Shown: piece after piece, positions 26,492-37,400 of the stretch
Position numbering within the stretch: the first letter of the stretch is position 1
How the letters are laid out: each line of letters opens with the position of its first letter
Source: Candidatus Krumholzibacteriales bacterium
GTDB taxonomy: Bacteria > Krumholzibacteriota > Krumholzibacteriia > Krumholzibacteriales > WJIX01
Direction: 5' to 3'
DNA length: 39,640 nt
Assembly: GCA_046483305.1 (NCBI GenBank)
Contig: JAWODM010000005.1
Coordinates: 1-39,640 of the forward strand
The notes under the pieces: generated by a model
Told to the model about the DNA's origin: nothing
Database searches by the model: none
What the model saw: only the letters and a program-made list of their open reading frames with translations
Program-made: the position numbers and the translations under genes

Positions 26492-27817
26492 ATGAAACTG
26501 CTTTTTTCTATCAAATCTTGGTTCCTTGAAACCATTAAGCGGAAGGCCGTAAAGCAACTGGGATTTATATATTCGAGCAGGGCGGTGTCTGCGGTACTCC
26601 GTTTCGTGGTCAGTATAGTGGTGGTCCGGACCCTGGGCGCGGAGAGCTTTGGAATTCTAACCATAGCTACAGTTATTATGGGCATTTCGGCCAGGGTAAT
26701 CGAGCTGGGGCTCACCACTACCATGGTCCGGAAATTATCGCTGCACATTGAGGAGGGTGACGAGGACAGGGCTGTATCAATTTTCAAACGGATATATACG
26801 GTTAGGATTCAGGTTTCTGTGGCCTTCGTAGTTCTGGCCTGGTTTCTCGCTCCAGTGGTGGCGGAGAAGGTATACGGCACCCAGGCTTTGATCTGGCCGT
26901 TGAGAATGGCCGCCTTCGGAGCTCTCCTGTACAATATGTATTACCATTCCGAGGGAGTCCTCAGGGCCTATGAGAGGTTCAAGCAGGTGGCGGTGGTCAG
27001 TGTTATCGGCCAGGCGGTCAGAACAGCAATGATTCTGATCCTGGCCTATTTCTCTGTTCTGAATATAGAGACTACCCTGGCCTCGAATCTCGCCCAGATA
27101 TTTATCGGCTTCCTGGTCGCCTCCTTCCTGGTACCTTCCAGACTGTACAGGAGAAAGGCGGTGAGTTCTTATCCCCTCAGGGAGATAAGCAGCTACAGCG
27201 GCTGGATGTTTCTTTTCATAGTGCTCTTCATGATCTTCGATCGCCTGGACGTTCTGATGCTGGGATACTTCAGGGCCGCCTCTCAGGTCGGCATTTATTC
27301 GGTCGCTTTCATTCTGGTCAAGCCTTTCGAACTGATACCGGAGACTTTCAATACCGTATTTCTGCCCAAAGTATCGAAATTCAGGAAGAAGTTTGAAATC
27401 TTCAGATATTTCAGGGATACTGTTAAGGTTACCGCCCTCATAGCGGTGATGGGGCTGGCAATTATATTTATAGCCAAACCGATAGTGGTGACCTTCTACG
27501 GCGAGGAATTCATCCCCTCGGCGAGGCTTTTTCAGATTCTGATCGGCGCTTTTGTGCTGCTGACCGTGATCAATCCAATCAACCTGGTCGCTCATACCAT
27601 CAATAAACCCCAACTCTTCTCTCTCATGGCGGCGGTCAACCTGGCTCTCAACTTCATCGGCAACCTTATATTTATACCCAGGTACGGAGCTCTGGGGGCG
27701 GCGATAGTGACCCTGGTCTCAAGAGTGCTGGGAGGGCTGATCGGGCTGCTGATACTGAAATACGCCATATCCGGATGGATTGAGGTTGAAGATGTTGAAC
27801 CTCCCGGAGACCAGTGA
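26492..27817 (+). CDS. wzx: Wzx-type oligosaccharide flippase
   Basis: R.LG.E.FG, D..MLG, VGIYSVA, LIPRYG..GAAI; many TM helices. Confidence 0.85.
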   Translation: MKLLFSIKSWFLETIKRKAVKQLGFIYSSRAVSAVLRFVVSIVVVRTLGAESFGILTIATVIMGISARVIELGLTTTMVRKLSLHIEEGDEDRAVSIFKRIYTVRIQVSVAFVVLAWFLAPVVAEKVYGTQALIWPLRMAAFGALLYNMYYHSEGVLRAYERFKQVAVVSVIGQAVRTAMILILAYFSVLNIETTLASNLAQIFIGFLVASFLVPSRLYRRKAVSSYPLREISSYSGWMFLFIVLFMIFDRLDVLMLGYFRAASQVGIYSVAFILVKPFELIPETFNTVFLPKVSKFRKKFEIFRYFRDTVKVTALIAVMGLAIIFIAKPIVVTFYGEEFIPSARLFQILIGAFVLLTVINPINLVAHTINKPQLFSLMAAVNLALNFIGNLIFIPRYGALGAAIVTLVSRVLGGLIGLLILKYAISGWIEVEDVEPPGDQ

Positions 27818-28974
27818 TGAACATTCTCTGTATTACCAATCTATTTCCGGACAGTTCCAGGCCCGGGCTGGCCCCTTTCAACAGACAGCAGCTGACGCGC
27901 CTCGCTGATATTCACCGGCTGCGGGTTATTGTCCCGGTTCCCTGGCCGCACCGGTTAATGACCGCCCTGAAGGGAGAGAGGATAAATCCGCCTCCCGGTT
28001 GCGGAGAGAGTATGGATATCGATTACCCTACCTACTTTTATACCCCGCTGGGGCTGAGGAACCTGTACCGGAAGTTCTACAGGGAGTCCATTCGCCCGGT
28101 ATTCGAAAGGGCCCTCTCCGAGTTCGAGCCCGAGCTGCTGTACGCCACCTGGGCCTATCCGGACTGCTGCGCAGCCGCGGACCTGGCCGAAGAGCATGGC
28201 CTTCCGCTGGTCTCCCGGGTGCATGGGAGTGATATAAACAGATTCTTCGACTATCCCCGGCGGAGGAGAATGATAGTTGAAGCGATGAATTATTCCGGAG
28301 CGGTAATATCGGTCAGCCGGCCCCTGATGGAAAAGATGGCGGAAGCAGGGGTAGAAAGGAACAGGATTGAATTGCTGCTCAACGGGGTGGACAGAGAGCT
28401 GTTTCGAAGCATGCCCCGGGATGAGGCACGGGCCGCCGCCGGGATTGATCCGGAGGCGGAGGTGATTCTCTTCGCCGGGAATCTCAATAAAGGTAAGGGA
28501 GCGGCGATCCTGCTGGAAGCTTTTGAGGACCTCGGCAGGCCTGTCTCACAGCTTCATATCATCGGTGAGGGGCCGGAGAGGAAGAAGCTGCTCAAAATGA
28601 TAAGAAATTCTTCCAGGGGCGATGATATATTCCTTCACGGCAGAATAGCGCACCGGGAAATGCCGGTCTGGTATAATTCCTGTGACGTTTTCTGCCTCCC
28701 CAGTCTCAACGAGGGGACTCCTAACGTAATCATTGAAGCTCTCTCCTGTTCCAGGCCGGTGGTAGCATCCCGCACCGGGGGGATACCTGATATTGTCGAT
28801 GGAGAGAGCGGAATTCTTTTTGCCGCCGGGGACAGGGCTGAATTGGCCGGGGCTCTGGAAGAAGCGCTGACGAGAGAGTGGAACCGGGATGGAATAACAT
28901 GCCCGGCGGGAGACTGGAGTGAGAACGCGGCGGAACTGAGCCGGATCCTGAGTTTAAGCCGGAGCGGCAATTAG
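27814..28974 (+). CDS. Glycosyltransferase family 4 (TuaC-like)
   Basis: TNLFP, YPD, HGSD, NGVD, PS.NEG.PNV.IEA. Confidence 0.9.
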   Translation: MMNILCITNLFPDSSRPGLAPFNRQQLTRLADIHRLRVIVPVPWPHRLMTALKGERINPPPGCGESMDIDYPTYFYTPLGLRNLYRKFYRESIRPVFERALSEFEPELLYATWAYPDCCAAADLAEEHGLPLVSRVHGSDINRFFDYPRRRRMIVEAMNYSGAVISVSRPLMEKMAEAGVERNRIELLLNGVDRELFRSMPRDEARAAAGIDPEAEVILFAGNLNKGKGAAILLEAFEDLGRPVSQLHIIGEGPERKKLLKMIRNSSRGDDIFLHGRIAHREMPVWYNSCDVFCLPSLNEGTPNVIIEALSCSRPVVASRTGGIPDIVDGESGILFAAGDRAELAGALEEALTREWNRDGITCPAGDWSENAAELSRILSLSRSGN

Positions 28975-29216
28975 TTTCCAATCTGGAATGTCATATGCTT
29001 ATCTGTTAATCAAGACAGTTTATAAAATGCTAAACAGCACCTGGCGCTGCCAGCTTTTGTACACAATAAAGGATTATAAATAAGATCTGGAAACAGGAAG
29101 GAACGCGCGGACAGCATCCAGCCTGAAAAATTACAGGTCGGCAAACCGCTATTCAGGGCAGCAATGATTGCAAATGAGCAAAAAAACCTATTTTGGGCGG
29201 TTCAGTATTTAATCGT

Positions 29217-29245
29217 TTGACAGAGAGTGAATATAGTACTAATTT
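29217..29245 (+). promoter_or_regulatory. Putative sigma70-type promoter
   Basis: TTGACA-17 nt-TAATTT upstream of an AGAGG RBS. Confidence 0.35.
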
Positions 29246-29260
29246 CGTTTTAAAAGAGGT

Positions 29261-30511
29261 ATGAGAAATATGAAAAAAATTACAACCGGAGCAGCCCTTT
29301 TCATATTGGTTATTCTCAGTTATTCTCCTCTCTTTTCCCAGCAGTGCCACCCCTATACCATAAGCTGGGACCCAGTCACAGACCCGGATGTGGACGAAGT
29401 CTGTATCTACCGTTCGCGCAATGACTTTGGCAATCCCGTGCTCATAGGGACGGTATCTCCGGGAGTTACCGAATATACGGATAATTCAACCCTCCAGACA
29501 GGTATTCTGTACTGTTACGGGCTGAAGGCGGGCAACAGTTCCGGAAGCTACAGCGCATTTTCTCAAGCGGTTGCCGGCCTGACCATCGATGAAAGCTCCA
29601 GTTCTTCGATACAGCAGTTATGCAGGATAGATTCAATATCAGTTATAGATGATTCGAGCTGTACCGTTTACTGGTCAACTTCCAATCCGACAACAGGGTT
29701 TGTGATATGCCGCGAATCCCAGGGAAGCGTAGTGGATACCACACAGCTCTCCGTTACCGCTTCGGAAGTTCACTCAGCTATTCTGACAGGCCTTCAGCCG
29801 AACAGAAGCTATGTGGTGAAAGCTGTTTCTTACTCCCAGGATGAAACAATGATTATATTATCGGCTGAATTCCCCTTTATCACCGAAATCGAGGGGGATA
29901 TTAACTTTGTTATCAGCGCTACGGAGATTGAGGTGGATGAGGGCGGGACCGGGCAGCTCCTGTTGAGCCTGGACAGCGAGCCTCCCATCGACATTGAGGT
30001 TTCGGTAAGAAGGATCAGCGGAGATTCAACACTCACGGTCAGCTCGGGTTCGAATATTGTTTTCGGCAGTGAAAACTGGAACAGCGGCGAGATGATAGAG
30101 ATTGCCGCCGCCGAAGATATAGATACCGATGATGAGATGGGGACTTTCGTCGTTGAGGCCCAGGACGGCGCCGGCGTGCCGATCAGGTTTTTTACAGCCA
30201 GGTCTCTGGACAATGATGAATCTCAACAGCATGACGTAATGCAGTCTCCGGCGGTTTGCCTCTATCCTCAGCCCTTCAACCCTGACGAGGGGCAGCTGCA
30301 CCTTACCAATCTCCCTGAGAGGGGAGAGCTCCATATCTATAATCTCACCGGTCACAGGGTGTGGAACACCAGCTGGAGCGGGACCAGTAACACCGAGTGG
30401 GACGGGTTGAACAGCAGCAATACCGGGGTCTCAAGCGGCCGTTATTTCGTGGTGATCAGGGATCTGGCAAATAACAACATAGAGAAAAAGGCGATTCTTG
30501 TAGTCAGGTAA
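29261..30511 (+). CDS. Secreted protein: FN3-like domains, Calx-beta-like domain and T9SS type A / FlgD-Ig C-terminal domain
   Basis: Signal peptide; TISWD...Y.D....G..Y.Y; LTGL.P...Y; C-terminal YPQPFNP, IYNL.G..V, WDG.N..G..VSSG.YF. Confidence 0.8.
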   Translation: MRNMKKITTGAALFILVILSYSPLFSQQCHPYTISWDPVTDPDVDEVCIYRSRNDFGNPVLIGTVSPGVTEYTDNSTLQTGILYCYGLKAGNSSGSYSAFSQAVAGLTIDESSSSSIQQLCRIDSISVIDDSSCTVYWSTSNPTTGFVICRESQGSVVDTTQLSVTASEVHSAILTGLQPNRSYVVKAVSYSQDETMIILSAEFPFITEIEGDINFVISATEIEVDEGGTGQLLLSLDSEPPIDIEVSVRRISGDSTLTVSSGSNIVFGSENWNSGEMIEIAAAEDIDTDDEMGTFVVEAQDGAGVPIRFFTARSLDNDESQQHDVMQSPAVCLYPQPFNPDEGQLHLTNLPERGELHIYNLTGHRVWNTSWSGTSNTEWDGLNSSNTGVSSGRYFVVIRDLANNNIEKKAILVVR

Positions 30512-30543
30512 TCATCCATAGTCTGTCCTGTGCCCGCGGGTTA

Positions 30544-31614
30544 TCAGGGCCATTTCAGCCGGTAATTCCTCAACTCTGATATCGGTCCTTCCACACCGTC
30601 ATTATAGGCCAACGCCACATTGGCCATCTCCCGGGCGGTGAGATAGTGAAGGATGTATTTACTTCCGTCGTTGAATCGGTTCTCCAGGATTTTCAGCCCC
30701 TTTTCCAGGCCTCCTTCCAGAAGGTACTCCGCATTGCGGGGTTTCAGGCCGTGGCAGTGCACTTTGATGAAAATGACGTCCTCTTTTCCACGCACGGATA
30801 TTCTCTGGTTGACCCATGTTCTGGCCCTTCCGGCGGTTATTGGATTCCCCGAACTGACATCGCCGTTTTCTATCCCGGGGAGTACTCTGTGGCTGATTCT
30901 CCTGAGCGCCAGGGGGCCCTGGATCATCAGGAGGTCTCCCCGCCCTTTTCCCCCGAAGGAGAGGTCTGTTCCCCGATCATGTGATTTCGGTTTTTCGGGG
31001 TTGTCATCGGCGAAATATATGGAGTTGATCTTCCTGGTCTGGCCGTCGGCCGGCGCGCAGGGCATGGTAAAGTCGGCATAACAGCCGGTATCCCTGAGCA
31101 GAGTTATTTCATTATTCAACCCGCACCAGCGGCCGTCCTTCCTGGAGTTGTCCAGGGCCCAGTTTCCGTGTACGAAACCGTATTTCAGCTGGCCCGATTC
31201 CCTGCAGAGCAGGCCGTGCGAGGCCAGCTGCTCCTTGAATCTGCTGATTTTTTCTACAAACTGCTCCGTGGTATCGCTGTCATGATGTATGTGAACCTCC
31301 ACTTCTCCGAAGCCCCTCAGGCAATGCTCTCCAAGCGAATCCAGCACAGCCCGGTGGTACTGCTCCTGGGGAAAGAAGTAGGTGTGAACAGGAGGGCGCC
31401 CTTCGCTGTCCCGGAGCCTTCCGGCCCCCTCTTCGAAACGCTCAATCCAGTCGCGGACTCTCTCCAGCTGCAGGCCGGGCGGGTCGGAAGGTTTCTGCAT
31501 CGGTTCAAAGTGATCCGCCATGGCGAAAAGGATATGAACGGGGTAAGCGGCCGGGCGGTCCCTGAGCTTCTGCATTATAAAGGAGGGGAGCCATATATGG
31601 ATATTTTTAAGCAT
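30544..31614 (-). CDS. Conserved hypothetical protein of polysaccharide loci, possibly a metal-dependent deacetylase/hydrolase fold
   Basis: Long ORF co-oriented with the ligase; His/Asp-rich motifs DHFEP, EVHIHH, FVHGNWALDNS, YADFT, KVHCHG. Confidence 0.6.
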   Translation of the reverse strand: MLKNIHIWLPSFIMQKLRDRPAAYPVHILFAMADHFEPMQKPSDPPGLQLERVRDWIERFEEGAGRLRDSEGRPPVHTYFFPQEQYHRAVLDSLGEHCLRGFGEVEVHIHHDSDTTEQFVEKISRFKEQLASHGLLCRESGQLKYGFVHGNWALDNSRKDGRWCGLNNEITLLRDTGCYADFTMPCAPADGQTRKINSIYFADDNPEKPKSHDRGTDLSFGGKGRGDLLMIQGPLALRRISHRVLPGIENGDVSSGNPITAGRARTWVNQRISVRGKEDVIFIKVHCHGLKPRNAEYLLEGGLEKGLKILENRFNDGSKYILHYLTAREMANVALAYNDGVEGPISELRNYRLKWP

Positions 31615-31632
31615 CTGTATTTTTATCTCCCA

Positions 31633-33030
31633 TCAGGCCGCCACCAGGATTTTAATAATCACTATAAGTATTATGATAGAGACAAGGGTAATCATTACGG
31701 TTTTCTTCGAAATGAAGGGGAGCCTGGTCCCCGATTCTCTGCCCATCAGGTAAGCGGTCAGGGAAGCCAGGGCTATTACTATGTAATATACGGCGTTATA
31801 AGTTCTCGAAAGAAAAAAGGCGGATACAAAGAACCCAACTATCGCCAATTGCATGGTCTCCAGGTATACCGGCATCCGCCCTGAAAGGTTCTGCCCTTCG
31901 ATTATCAGAATATCCCTGAAGGACTTGACCATCAGCAGCATCCAGGCGAATATCCCGGGGAAACCGAGTTCAGCCATGCACAGGACCACCGAGTTATGCG
32001 CTGTGAGGTGATGATATTCAGTAAAATTACCGAATCCAATTCCCAGAAGAGGGCGCCAGAAGAACAGGCTCAATCCGGTCGCCCAGGCGTCCAGCCTCCC
32101 GCTGGCGGAGGCTTCCTCGGTCGATATCTCGCTGAAGCGGCCCGGCCCCGCCGCCAGGGCGGCCAGCAGCAGAACCGCTCCCAGTACCGCGCCTCTCATT
32201 TTCCCGAAGCGTTTTACGAAGAAGAAGCCGAGGACGGCTATCAGCCCAAGGAATGTTCCCCTCGAATCGGTGAGATAAAGAGCGTAAACCAGTATCAGAA
32301 AAGCGATCAGCCAGAGAGACCTTTTCAGGATATTAACAGACCTGGAGAATGCGTTAACCAGGGCAAACGGGGTAAATACCAGAATAGTCAGCCCCAGGTC
32401 GTTGGGGTCCTCGAATATACCTATCCACCTTATTCTGCCCTGAATCATGGTCTGCCCGGCTATATCGGTTCCGTGATGGTACTGGTATATGCCGTTGACG
32501 GCCAGCAGAAGTGTGATGGAAAACAGGAACAGGTAAACTGTCTTCAGCTGTTCTATATTTTCAATCAGGCTTACCAGCATGAAGAACAACATGAAGATGG
32601 GCAGGAATGCCATGAACGAGTCCTTCGCCGCGGTCAGGTAGAATATCTGCAGGTGGCTCAGGGGTATAATCAGGAAAAAGAATATCATTATGATGGTCTG
32701 GGGCATCTTGAAGGCGGGAAAGGGCTCCCTTCTGAGTGTCTTGTGCACCACCAGGGTGCCGAGTATCACCGCCGCCATGACCAGCATTATCGGTTGCCCC
32801 CTGAGAGCTTCGACAAATTCCTGGGGCCGTAGATAAGTCATTGCGATATAGACCAGCAGCCCCCAGAAGGGCTGGAAGAATACCATCACCAGAAAGAGAG
32901 AACCGGCGAAAACCGCCAGGGCGATCTTAAAAGAGAATGCTATCAGGGCCAGTGTAAAGACAGCCACTGCGGCTGCTGATATAAGTTTGGCTATTCTGTT
33001 CTTCACGGCATTGAGTATCCTGTAAAACAA
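31633..33030 (-). CDS. O-antigen ligase / Wzy-like polymerase family protein
   Basis: DPNDL, T.SRG, SA.GR..AW, P.LGIG.GNF, AHNS......ELG.PG; multiple TM helices. Confidence 0.88.
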   Translation of the reverse strand: MFYRILNAVKNRIAKLISAAAVAVFTLALIAFSFKIALAVFAGSLFLVMVFFQPFWGLLVYIAMTYLRPQEFVEALRGQPIMLVMAAVILGTLVVHKTLRREPFPAFKMPQTIIMIFFFLIIPLSHLQIFYLTAAKDSFMAFLPIFMLFFMLVSLIENIEQLKTVYLFLFSITLLLAVNGIYQYHHGTDIAGQTMIQGRIRWIGIFEDPNDLGLTILVFTPFALVNAFSRSVNILKRSLWLIAFLILVYALYLTDSRGTFLGLIAVLGFFFVKRFGKMRGAVLGAVLLLAALAAGPGRFSEISTEEASASGRLDAWATGLSLFFWRPLLGIGFGNFTEYHHLTAHNSVVLCMAELGFPGIFAWMLLMVKSFRDILIIEGQNLSGRMPVYLETMQLAIVGFFVSAFFLSRTYNAVYYIVIALASLTAYLMGRESGTRLPFISKKTVMITLVSIIILIVIIKILVAA

Positions 33031-33147
33031 CTCCCCCGCGAATTATTAATCCGCGAATACAGGGGAGTAACCGGCAGTACCTTTACCTGATTACTGCCGA
33101 TTCTACTTTCCCGGCGTTGCTGATGCAAGCAGAATGTCCGCGGCCTG

Positions 33148-34458
33148 TTATCCCTCCGGGCCGGAGTCTATTCTGGTGACCAGCTCTCCGGTTATTTTCA
33201 TAAGTTCTATCTCATTGAGCTTTGCGGTATAAGTGGCGGATATGACGTTTGTTTCAGCCCTGGTGAGATTAAGCTGGGCTTCCCGGAACTGGGTGGAGGT
33301 AACCCGGCCCAGGTCATAGAGGTCGCTGGTACGCTCGAAGTTGACCCTGGCCGATTCAAGGTTATTCTTTTCCAGCTGGAGCACCGTGCGGCTGTTACTG
33401 TAGGATTCGTAAGCGTTAACCAGTTCCCTGTCCAGCTCCAGAAGGGACTGGTCTTCCATAAGCTGGCGGCTTCTGACTCTGATGGACGCGTTTCTCACAT
33501 CGGTCCACCTGCGGAAGCCGTTGAAAATATTGAAGCTGAGAGTAGCCTGGACTCCCCAGCCGGCGGTGGGGTCGTTGAGGTTGAAATCCAGCCCGTCGCT
33601 GTACTGGTCCCAGCCGTAGGAAGTGGAAAGATCCAGTTGCGGCATGAATTCCGAGCGGGCAATTTTATGTCCAAGGGATGCCGATTCAACCGATTCAACG
33701 GCCTGCCGGTAGGAGCTGTTGTTCTCCAGAGCTTTCTCTCGCATCAGTCCAAGAGGGCGCAGCCGGGCCAGTTCCACCTTGGGGTCGACTTCGAACTGTT
33801 CTCCCACGTCTCTGTTCAGCAGGGAGTTGAGGTTGCGCATCGCCTCCTCCCAGGCGAACCGCGCCTTGACCACCGTTACGGTGTCCGTATTGTAATCCAC
33901 TCTGGCGGCCAGGATATCCACGGTCCCTCCCTGGCCGAATTCGGTCCTGTTTTTGACTCTGTCAAGACGTTCCCTGGAAATTTCAAGAAGGTCCCTGGAG
34001 ACCCTCAGATTCTCGAAGGCTTCGGCAGCTCCGTAGTATGCCCTGCTTACCTGGATGATGATATTTTCTATCTGTTCCCGGGCGCTGAGCCGGTTGATCT
34101 TTTCCTCCGTTCTGAGCTGGCGGTAGCCATAGATATTCCCCAGCCCGTTGAACAGGGTGTAGGAAGCGCTCAGCTGGGCGCTGGTTATTGAGGTCTCAGT
34201 CTCCGGCCCTGACGGGGGATCGCTGCCTGTATAATTAGCGCTTCCTCTGAAATCCAGCCTGGGAAGAAGCCCGGCGTTTCCGATACTGGCATTATTGCCG
34301 GCTATTTCGGCGTCGTTCCTGGCGGCGGCTATTCCGGGGTTGCGCTTCATCGCCAGCGCTACCGCTTCTTCGAAGGTCAGCACTCTTTCGGCCGGGGAAG
34401 CCGAGCCGGAGATGAGTAAAAGGCATAAGAGAGTAATCATACATTTCATTTTGAGCAT
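33148..34458 (-). CDS. TolC family outer-membrane efflux protein
   Basis: Signal peptide, LT.EEAV.LA..NP, LP.LD, Y.LG..T....REAQ; last gene of the MFP-RND operon. Confidence 0.9.
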   Translation of the reverse strand: MLKMKCMITLLCLLLISGSASPAERVLTFEEAVALAMKRNPGIAAARNDAEIAGNNASIGNAGLLPRLDFRGSANYTGSDPPSGPETETSITSAQLSASYTLFNGLGNIYGYRQLRTEEKINRLSAREQIENIIIQVSRAYYGAAEAFENLRVSRDLLEISRERLDRVKNRTEFGQGGTVDILAARVDYNTDTVTVVKARFAWEEAMRNLNSLLNRDVGEQFEVDPKVELARLRPLGLMREKALENNSSYRQAVESVESASLGHKIARSEFMPQLDLSTSYGWDQYSDGLDFNLNDPTAGWGVQATLSFNIFNGFRRWTDVRNASIRVRSRQLMEDQSLLELDRELVNAYESYSNSRTVLQLEKNNLESARVNFERTSDLYDLGRVTSTQFREAQLNLTRAETNVISATYTAKLNEIELMKITGELVTRIDSGPEG

Positions 34459-37400
34459 CCTTCATCTTTTGAAAAACCGTTTCTGTTCTGCCTTTCAATG
34501 AACCGTTCTTCCCTGACCGCCGCTTCAACATCTCTTTCTCTGAGTTTCTCTCCCTTTGCCAGCCCGAAAATATTCAGCTTTATAAGGTTGAAGCCCTTCA
34601 GCATGGAAGGGAGCATGACCAGCGTAAGTATGGTGCCGAACAGCAGTCCGTAAGCTACCGATATCGCCATGGGGGAAAGGAACTGCGCCTGGTGGCTCCG
34701 CTCGAAGACCAGGGGGGCCAGTCCCGCTATGGTAGTCAGCGATGTCAGCACCACCGGCCTGAAACGTGAAATGCCTGCCTCGAAAAGCGCCTCGTCGTAA
34801 CCCTGGCCGGATTTCAGTTTACGGTTCAGGGTGGTTACCAGCACCAGAGAGTCGTTGACCACTATCCCCATCAGGGCGATGGCGCCGAACATGGACAGCA
34901 TGCTGACTATGTAACCCTGAATGTAATGCCCCCAGAGCACCCCGATTATACTGAAGGGGATAAGAAGAAATACTATTACTGCCTGTCCGAATGAATGGAA
35001 AGTGACTGCTATTATAAGGAACATCATTATCAGGATGGCGGGAACCACCCTGAATATGGCGTCCATGGTTTTCTGGTTCTCGTAACTTTCCCCCTCGAAA
35101 CTGTATCGCACTTCCGGATATTTTTCCACGACCTTCGGCATCACGTTGGCTTTGATATCGGAAAGAAGGGTTGGAACCGAGGCCTTGGTGCTGGTCACGT
35201 CGGCCAACACGCTGATTACTCTCTGGCCGTCGATATGGTTTATCGCCATTACTCCACGGTCTATGGACAGATCCGCGATCTCGTTCAGGGGATAAGATCC
35301 GCCTTCCGGCGTCCGGATCCTCATATTCTCAAGGTCGGATAGAGATGAGCGGTCTTCCCGCCCGTACCGGATCCATATCTTGATTTCATCTATTCCCCTC
35401 AGAATTCTCTGCGCTTCACCTCCGAAGAACCCCATTCTGACCTGGTTTACCACCTCCGATGTAGTAAGCCCCAGGGCGAAAGCCTTCTCCTTGAGCGTGA
35501 CCTTGACCTCTCTGAGCCCCGGCGGGTCGTCATCCATTATATCCTTGAGCTGGCTCATCTTTTCCAGTTCCGTTTTCAACATATCGGTTGCTCCCCGGAG
35601 CTGCTCGAAGTTGTTGCTTTTCAGAGCCACCGTGACCGGCATCCCCCAGCGCCTGCTGCCCCCGAAGCTGAGGGTTTCCGCTCCTTCTATTTTCCCCACG
35701 CTTTTCCTGAAGGCGTTTGCGGCATCCATATTTTTCCACTCCCTCTCTTCACTCCCCACCAGCCTGGCGTACACCGCGCCCTGGTGAGTGCCGGATCCAA
35801 CCCGCCGGTACACAGATTTTACAAGCCTGTCTCCGCCGTGCGACTCACGGTATTGCAGATCGGTTTCCCATACCTTCTTTTCAATGTAGGCTGCCAGGCT
35901 GTCAGTAACCGCAGCCGGTGTCCCGGCCGGCATTTCAAGGGATATGGAGACCGCCCGCCCCTCGATGTAAGGGAAGAAGGTAGTCTTTAAAATACCTCCG
36001 CGGAAGGCTCCTATGGTTACAGCGAATAACGCCGTTATTACCGCTATGGATATTGCCGGGAATTTGATGGAGGAGTTCAGGACCGGCCTGTAGAGCCTGT
36101 CGCGTATCCAGCCCAGTATTCTGTTGGAATGCCGCTCCAGCCAGCTCTTCTTGCCTTTTCCGCACAGCGCCCTTGAATGAGCTATATGAGACGGCAGTAT
36201 GAAAGCGGCTTCTACCAGCGATAGCAGCAGGGTGGCTATAACCACAAAGGCGAGGTCCCGGGTATGGTCTCCCAGCCCCCCTTCCAGGAAGAAGAAAGTC
36301 GTGAATATCACCACGGTGGTAAGTACCGAGGCTATCACCGAGGGAAGAACCTCCACCGTGCCCGATATGGCTGCCGGGATAGGTTTTTCCCCCCTTTCAT
36401 GGTGTTGATAGATATTTTCCGCGATGACTATGCCGTCATCCACCAGTATCCCCAGTATCAGGATCATTGCCATAAGAGACATTATATTGATGGTCAGTCC
36501 ATAGAAGGGAGCTATCATGAGCATGCCGGCGAATGAGATAGGGATCCCGATGGCTACCCAGAACGAGATGTTCGGATTGAGTGACAGCGAGAGGAACAGT
36601 ATTACCAGGATCATGCCGATCATCCCGTTGGTCAGAAGTATATTGACCCTTTCCTTTATAACCTCCGATCCATCCCTGAAAACCACGGTCTGAACATCGC
36701 GGTTGGCGCTGTTGAACTGCTCCCCGTATTCCTTTACCCTTTCGGCTATGAAGAACAGATCTTCCTTGTTGGTGTTATCCACCGATACCCTGACCGCCGG
36801 CTTGCCGTTGAAGTATATCCGGTTCGGATTTTCCGACCACCTGTCACTGACAGTGGCTACGTCCCCAATTCTTACCACGGTTCCCTGCTGGTTCGATCTC
36901 AGCACATGATTTTTCAGCTCTTCGGCGTAATATCCCTTCACATCCGCCCGTATCAGGAGCTCCTCTTCCTCCCCCTTTATTCTTCCCCCGGTGGATTTGA
37001 TGTTGGCGTTCCTTACGGCGGTCAGTATCTCGCCGAATGTCAGGCCGTATGCTCTCAACGCGTCTTCGCTTACCGCTATTTCTATCTCTTCCTCGGGGAA
37101 GCCGTAAAGGGATACCTTTGATATCCCGTCTATCGCCAGCAGGTCTCTCTCGATCTGGCGCCCGTGCCACTTCAGGGTCTTCAGATCCACATCGCCGGTT
37201 ACCATCAGGTCAATCGCGAAAGTGAAAGGTTCTCTGCGGTAAATCGATATTCTGTCCATTCCCAGCGGAAAGGAGCTGATCTGGTTCACCGCATCCTTGA
37301 CGTCCTGAAGCACAATGTTGGTGTCGTAATCTGTCAGCACCCTTATGCTGATGTAACAGAAGTTCTCCCTGGATACCGAAGTGGTTCGTTCTATTCCTGA

